Below, piece after piece: positions 60,901 to 64,000 of a DNA stretch of 64,000 nt. The stretch lies in the NCBI GenBank assembly GCA_030156615.1, contig JASGME010000002.1, positions 7,085 to 71,084 of the forward strand, written 5' to 3'. Origin of the DNA: Candidatus Woesearchaeota archaeon (lineage in GTDB: Archaea; Nanobdellota; Nanobdellia; Woesearchaeales; UBA119). The notes under the pieces were generated by a model, which was not told the DNA's origin, ran no database searches, and saw only the letters and a list, made by a program, of their open reading frames with translations. Within the stretch, counting starts at the first letter, position 1, and each line of letters opens with the position of its first letter. The position numbers and the translations under genes are program-made.

Positions 60901-63900
60901 AGAACAATCCTCATGTCATGGGCAATATCTTCAACACTTCCAATTCAACCTCTTTCAGCTTGAATGGCTCTTCTCCGGGCTCTACTTATGTTAGGTGTGC
61001 TGCTCAAAGTAAGTATTCTACTTCTTATACAGAACCTGTTAAGATAAATGTAATAAGTACTGAAGCACCAGAGGTAAATCTTATTTCTCCTGAGAATGAA
61101 AGCTGGATAAACAGTTCAAGCGTTATCCTTAAATATATCCCATCATCATATAACGAGATTGCCAACTGCAGTCTATATATTGATGGAATTTTTAATCAGA
61201 CCAATTCCAGCCAGATAAACAATGGAGGAACTAATACTTTCACCATCTCATCACTTGAGCAAAAAGAATACAATTGGAGCGTCTCCTGTACTGATACTTA
61301 TTCAAGAACAGGGAATTCTTCTACATGGAAGTTCAATGTAGATTATAATAAGCCTTATATGATTGAGCTTAACGAACCTATTGATGAGTTTAGCACTACC
61401 TCTCCAGATATTGAATTTAACTGGACCGCATATGATAATATTGCTTCTAACATGAGCTGTGATTTAAGAATTAACGGATCTGTCAACAAATCCATTATTG
61501 CATATAATGGAAGCCCTGCAAATACCACAATTTATGATTTAGATATTGGTCATTATGTCTGGGATGTTGTATGCATGGATTGGGCAAATAATTCAAATAC
61601 CTCAGAAACAAGAAGCTTTAATATCTCTGATGAACCTCCTTATGTCTCTTTATATTCCCCTGAGAATGAAAGCGGGACAAACGAGACAACTGTTGAATTT
61701 ACATATAATGCTTATGATAATTTTGCTCTGGCGGAATGTAAATTGTATATCAATGGGGAATATAATCAAAGCAATCAAACTGAGCTGATAAATGGATTGA
61801 ACAATTTTAGTGTTAGTTTTGAGGAAGGAATATATAATTGGAGCGTTAGTTGTTACGATAACAAAGACAATAGTGCTTCAACAGGAAATGCAACCCTTTA
61901 TGTTGATTTCACTAAACCAGAGATTGGCCTTCAGGCTCCTGCTCCTGAAGCCTATTTCACTGATTCGAAGATTAGTTTTTCTTATACACCAACTGACAAC
62001 TATCAAGAGTTAAATTGCACTTTGTATGTTGACGGAATTGAGAATGATCATTCGGAAGTAATCAGCGGAAGCCAGTACGATGTTACCTTGACTGGATATA
62101 AAGACGGAGTTCATTATTGGAATGTGAGCTGCACGGATATTGGAGGAAATATCAATTATTCTGAGACAAGGAATTTTACTATAAACCAAACCCCTATTGT
62201 TGAGCCCATATCTCCATTAAATAATACACATACGAATCAGGACAATGTAATCATAGAATATAATGTAAGCGATAATGATGAGATTGGGAGTTGCAGCTTG
62301 TTCATTAATGGAAGTTTTAATCAGACTAATTCTACAGCGATATCAAAGGATCAGGTAAACAACTTTACACTTTCTTTCCCTTCAGAAGGAGAATATAACT
62401 GGTCAGTGGAATGCAACGATAGTGGGACATATAGCAATTCTAATGAATCTTATGTTTGGAATTTTATCGTAGATAGGACGGGTCCAAAAGTCTCATTAAA
62501 CCATCCTGAGAATGACTATACAATTAACACTCCGCTCTACACATTTAATTGGACAGTTGAGGATAATTTCGCTACTGGGCTTCTCTGTAACATTACTATA
62601 AACGATAGCGTTAATGGGAGCAATATTGAAAGCAATAATGGAGCTCCTACCTTGTTTAATGTGACTGGACTAAGGAACGGAGATTTTAATTGGAGTGTTA
62701 CCTGCGCAGACAATGCAACTAATACTAATACCTCTGAGACTTGGAATTTTACAGTACTTCTTATTCCTAGGGTTGACCTTACAAGCCCAGAAGACGGAGA
62801 CGGTGATTTATTTCATGATGTAACATTTAAGTATATACCAAGTTTGGGGAGCGAGAATTTTATCAATTGCAGCCTTTGGTTAAATGGAGAGGAAAACGAA
62901 ACAAGTTATGATATAACTGCTAATGCAGAGAATAACTTTACTGTTAATCTGCCTGATGGAAAATATGAATGGAATGTAAAATGTTATGACAGCAACAATC
63001 TTGATGGAATGGCTAAAGAGAACTGGACTTATTATGTGGATTCAGAAGTGCCTTATGATATAGAATTGTTATATCCTGAAAATGATTCTATTGTTGAAAG
63101 AAACAATGTATCCTTCAAGTTTATACCAAAGGATAAGGTTTCAGATGAGTTAAGCTGTGATATTTATCTAACTGATGAGGAATTCACTTATAAAATAGGG
63201 TCTGATTTGAATGCAACCAATGGAAGTGAATATGTCTATTATTCTGTTTTAGAAGATGGAAGTTATAATTGGAGCGTGGACTGCACTGATAAGGCAGGAA
63301 ACTTTAATGTATCTGATACCTTTTACTTTGATGTTTTGGCGCCACCAAATGTTACTTTAGTTGCACCTGATAATGAAACCTGGTTCAATGAAACAGATGT
63401 GAATCTTACTTATTTTCCTTCAGATGACATACTAATAACTGGCTGTGCTCTATACATAAATGGGAGCTATGAGAAGTCGGCATCTTTTGTATTGAACAAC
63501 CAGAACAATACCTTTGAGCTAAACGATATTTCACAGGGGGAATATCTATGGAGTGTAAAATGTTATGACAGCGATGGAAACAGTTTTATGCCTGTGAATA
63601 AGACTTTCTATGTGGATAATCAGACTCCTAAGATTTTCCTAAATCATCCAACTAATTCAGAAGAGCTGGACTCAAGCTCTGTAACGTTTAATTGGACTGT
63701 AAATGATAATCTTGCAAAAAAGCTTAGTTGCGACCTCTTGATTAATAATAGTCCCAAAGAAACGAATATAATGAGCAACAATGGAGAGCCGACTAACTTT
63801 ACCATTGAAGGAATGGATGACGGAGATTATAACTGGAGCATTGTATGTAGGGACAATGCTCAGAATTCAAATCAAAGCAGCACTGAGGACTTTTCAGTGC

Positions 63901-64000
63901 AGGAGCCACCAAAGATAAGCTTAGGAGATCCTGTTGAAAATAATAGAAACAATTCTGTTAATATGACTCTGTATTTTACGGCAACAGACAACTCCGGTGA
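57969..64000 (+). CDS. Giant repeat adhesin-like surface protein, 3' partial (>2010 aa, continues beyond window)
   Basis: ATG at 57969, preceded by in-frame TAA at 57957. N-terminal signal 'IIGGLLVLIIFLILG'. Traced codon by codon with no in-frame stop to the window end. Not in the supplied track because it has no stop codon. Confidence 0.75.
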   Translation, partial: MQKRKIIGGLLVLIIFLILGNQGSFSEIQDSAVSFAPLEKEAYGINESIEIELLPKEINGIDVSNEYDLVMVKEDLRSKYFGELFFPLVLSFSEPGEYIMFLINNQGEEISRLKFVVSDDKDSNVTKKEADNDRYPVLKISSNMLAKGEELIISLLEGDITDSSLDLYITHENKNFKLLELSREVRFTPSKEGEYRVQLRDDEKVVDEMIFYVEEKSNNEKSENKEMLPKRETGGEFNLSSLNQEKRLATIPVRAKNHKGQTKELIGVLGSSFRGEFVEVVNATNNIKRIRVYDLKLNNINELKIEDIDNKEVWVNREKSVQSFAIDPRALNFSFAQIELEAKGTALYKCEEYDFDTQECFGGWKKERNIVPGENYTIVLTPEDPLYSEINTSVGCSCSDSANRQTSGTLSCSTFCPFNIDIPEDAMSFFLQEIYYDITVTVNNDRCTMTNAQQRGYFDHDQNQGDGDEAIIGSSSYTSTTSTTWTNSSIAQSGSYSFTNLDCSNWPNYCTYYVYINSSMDFTSPFGLLRRSPSMTISVDAINYTINYTEAGSFSVSLDSPFHLYRTNATIQEFTYTPSNEDYSISNCSIYTNETSWSVKNTTYSITNGSQNTITAEFNNEGHYAWNVRCWDSNGNNATSATNRTIIIDRTGPEIALVSPANEETYTDSNVVSFTYNVSDDSDIDNCTLYINGIAKKTDSSISKGQNQIIYYNLNNGDYTWSIGCIDEAGNFNQSSSRDLTVAAIKPIYYGSWYESSSNDCTIFPCEISLQQQNDGTQNSISGTIPASASELIIKAESPFMGANGAEISTSNVLFSTYFQTSNSRVEVSWWLYILNSSDGKELICSNTLGTASSSGAATTGSCTPSSDKRLLSTDRLYYEIELTNTFPIFSRNFNHLIDHVSSFVNITGFTQLGNLEATKTSPSSTLYINQGESFILSCDVNCSAGSCLNTNVTAETNESGSWNVISSSGIVSLNGSENNPHVMGNIFNTSNSTSFSLNGSSPGSTYVRCAAQSKYSTSYTEPVKINVISTEAPEVNLISPENESWINSSSVILKYIPSSYNEIANCSLYIDGIFNQTNSSQINNGGTNTFTISSLEQKEYNWSVSCTDTYSRTGNSSTWKFNVDYNKPYMIELNEPIDEFSTTSPDIEFNWTAYDNIASNMSCDLRINGSVNKSIIAYNGSPANTTIYDLDIGHYVWDVVCMDWANNSNTSETRSFNISDEPPYVSLYSPENESGTNETTVEFTYNAYDNFALAECKLYINGEYNQSNQTELINGLNNFSVSFEEGIYNWSVSCYDNKDNSASTGNATLYVDFTKPEIGLQAPAPEAYFTDSKISFSYTPTDNYQELNCTLYVDGIENDHSEVISGSQYDVTLTGYKDGVHYWNVSCTDIGGNINYSETRNFTINQTPIVEPISPLNNTHTNQDNVIIEYNVSDNDEIGSCSLFINGSFNQTNSTAISKDQVNNFTLSFPSEGEYNWSVECNDSGTYSNSNESYVWNFIVDRTGPKVSLNHPENDYTINTPLYTFNWTVEDNFATGLLCNITINDSVNGSNIESNNGAPTLFNVTGLRNGDFNWSVTCADNATNTNTSETWNFTVLLIPRVDLTSPEDGDGDLFHDVTFKYIPSLGSENFINCSLWLNGEENETSYDITANAENNFTVNLPDGKYEWNVKCYDSNNLDGMAKENWTYYVDSEVPYDIELLYPENDSIVERNNVSFKFIPKDKVSDELSCDIYLTDEEFTYKIGSDLNATNGSEYVYYSVLEDGSYNWSVDCTDKAGNFNVSDTFYFDVLAPPNVTLVAPDNETWFNETDVNLTYFPSDDILITGCALYINGSYEKSASFVLNNQNNTFELNDISQGEYLWSVKCYDSDGNSFMPVNKTFYVDNQTPKIFLNHPTNSEELDSSSVTFNWTVNDNLAKKLSCDLLINNSPKETNIMSNNGEPTNFTIEGMDDGDYNWSIVCRDNAQNSNQSSTEDFSVQEPPKISLGDPVENNRNNSVNMTLYFTATDNSG
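61065..64000 (+). repeat. At least 11 tandem ~285-290-nt (~95-aa) protein-coding repeats inside the giant adhesin gene
   Basis: Repeat units begin near 61065, 61350, 61630, 61915, 62190, 62480, 62770, 63050, 63340, 63620 and 63905. Each has 'P(E/D)N..(T/S)...', 'NC(S/T)L(Y/W)ING..N(Q/E)(T/S)' and '(Y/F)NWSV.C.D..(G/N)N'. Two earlier, more divergent copies lie near 59,900-60,190. Confidence 0.75.

Noticed and set aside
1-64000. Scan for tRNA, rRNA and CRISPR arrays in GC-richer or repeat-like intergenic patches (7860-8060, 8290-8570, 9612-9943, 33362-33608, 43000-43255).
   Set aside because: No cloverleaf-compatible arm pairing with a T-loop-like GTTCRANYC box. No regularly spaced identical short repeats. 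Only isolated hairpins and the 25-bp repeat pair were found. A covariance-model scan would be needed to exclude small RNAs.

Overview
AT-rich (roughly one-third GC by eye), densely coded archaeal chromosomal segment, probably from a small-genome DPANN-type lineage. The archaeal assignment rests on hallmarks read directly from the ORF translations: aRF1 with NIKS and GGQ motifs, the RFC small subunit, AglB/STT3 with WWDFG, TrmB and Lrp regulators, and Fap7. Region 1–29.6 kb is housekeeping plus envelope biogenesis. It holds an N-glycosylation locus (GT2, radical-SAM/SPASM, DUF2304-like, Dol-P-sugar synthase-like GT2, AglB) and a bacterial-type Lgt next to three paralogous lipobox proteins. It also holds an ABC-2/YhgE-Pip transporter pair, a decaying NifX-like/MinD-ferredoxin module with a frameshift and an in-frame TAG, and signal peptidase I. 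Region 29.7–64 kb is an accessory cell-surface island. It carries two duplicated cassettes of secreted-protein families (about 300 aa and about 245 aa) and a second YhgE/Pip-ABC pair. It carries several single-pass giant surface proteins with FN3, PKD or CarbopepD-reg-like domains and cytoplasmic tails, preceded by small ribbon-helix-helix genes. It carries a 1315-aa protein whose topology is predicted as large ectodomain, then TM, then a cytoplasmic HerA/FtsK-like (DUF87-type) P-loop ATPase, with a tail module repeated twice and shared with another giant surface protein. It ends with a >2000-aa adhesin made of at least 11 tandem ~95-aa Cys/sequon-bearing repeats that runs off the window. No rRNA, tRNA, CRISPR array or transposase was recognised. 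The candidate undescribed system is the 49.4–64 kb locus (membrane-spanning ATPase plus giant adhesins plus coiled-coil partners).
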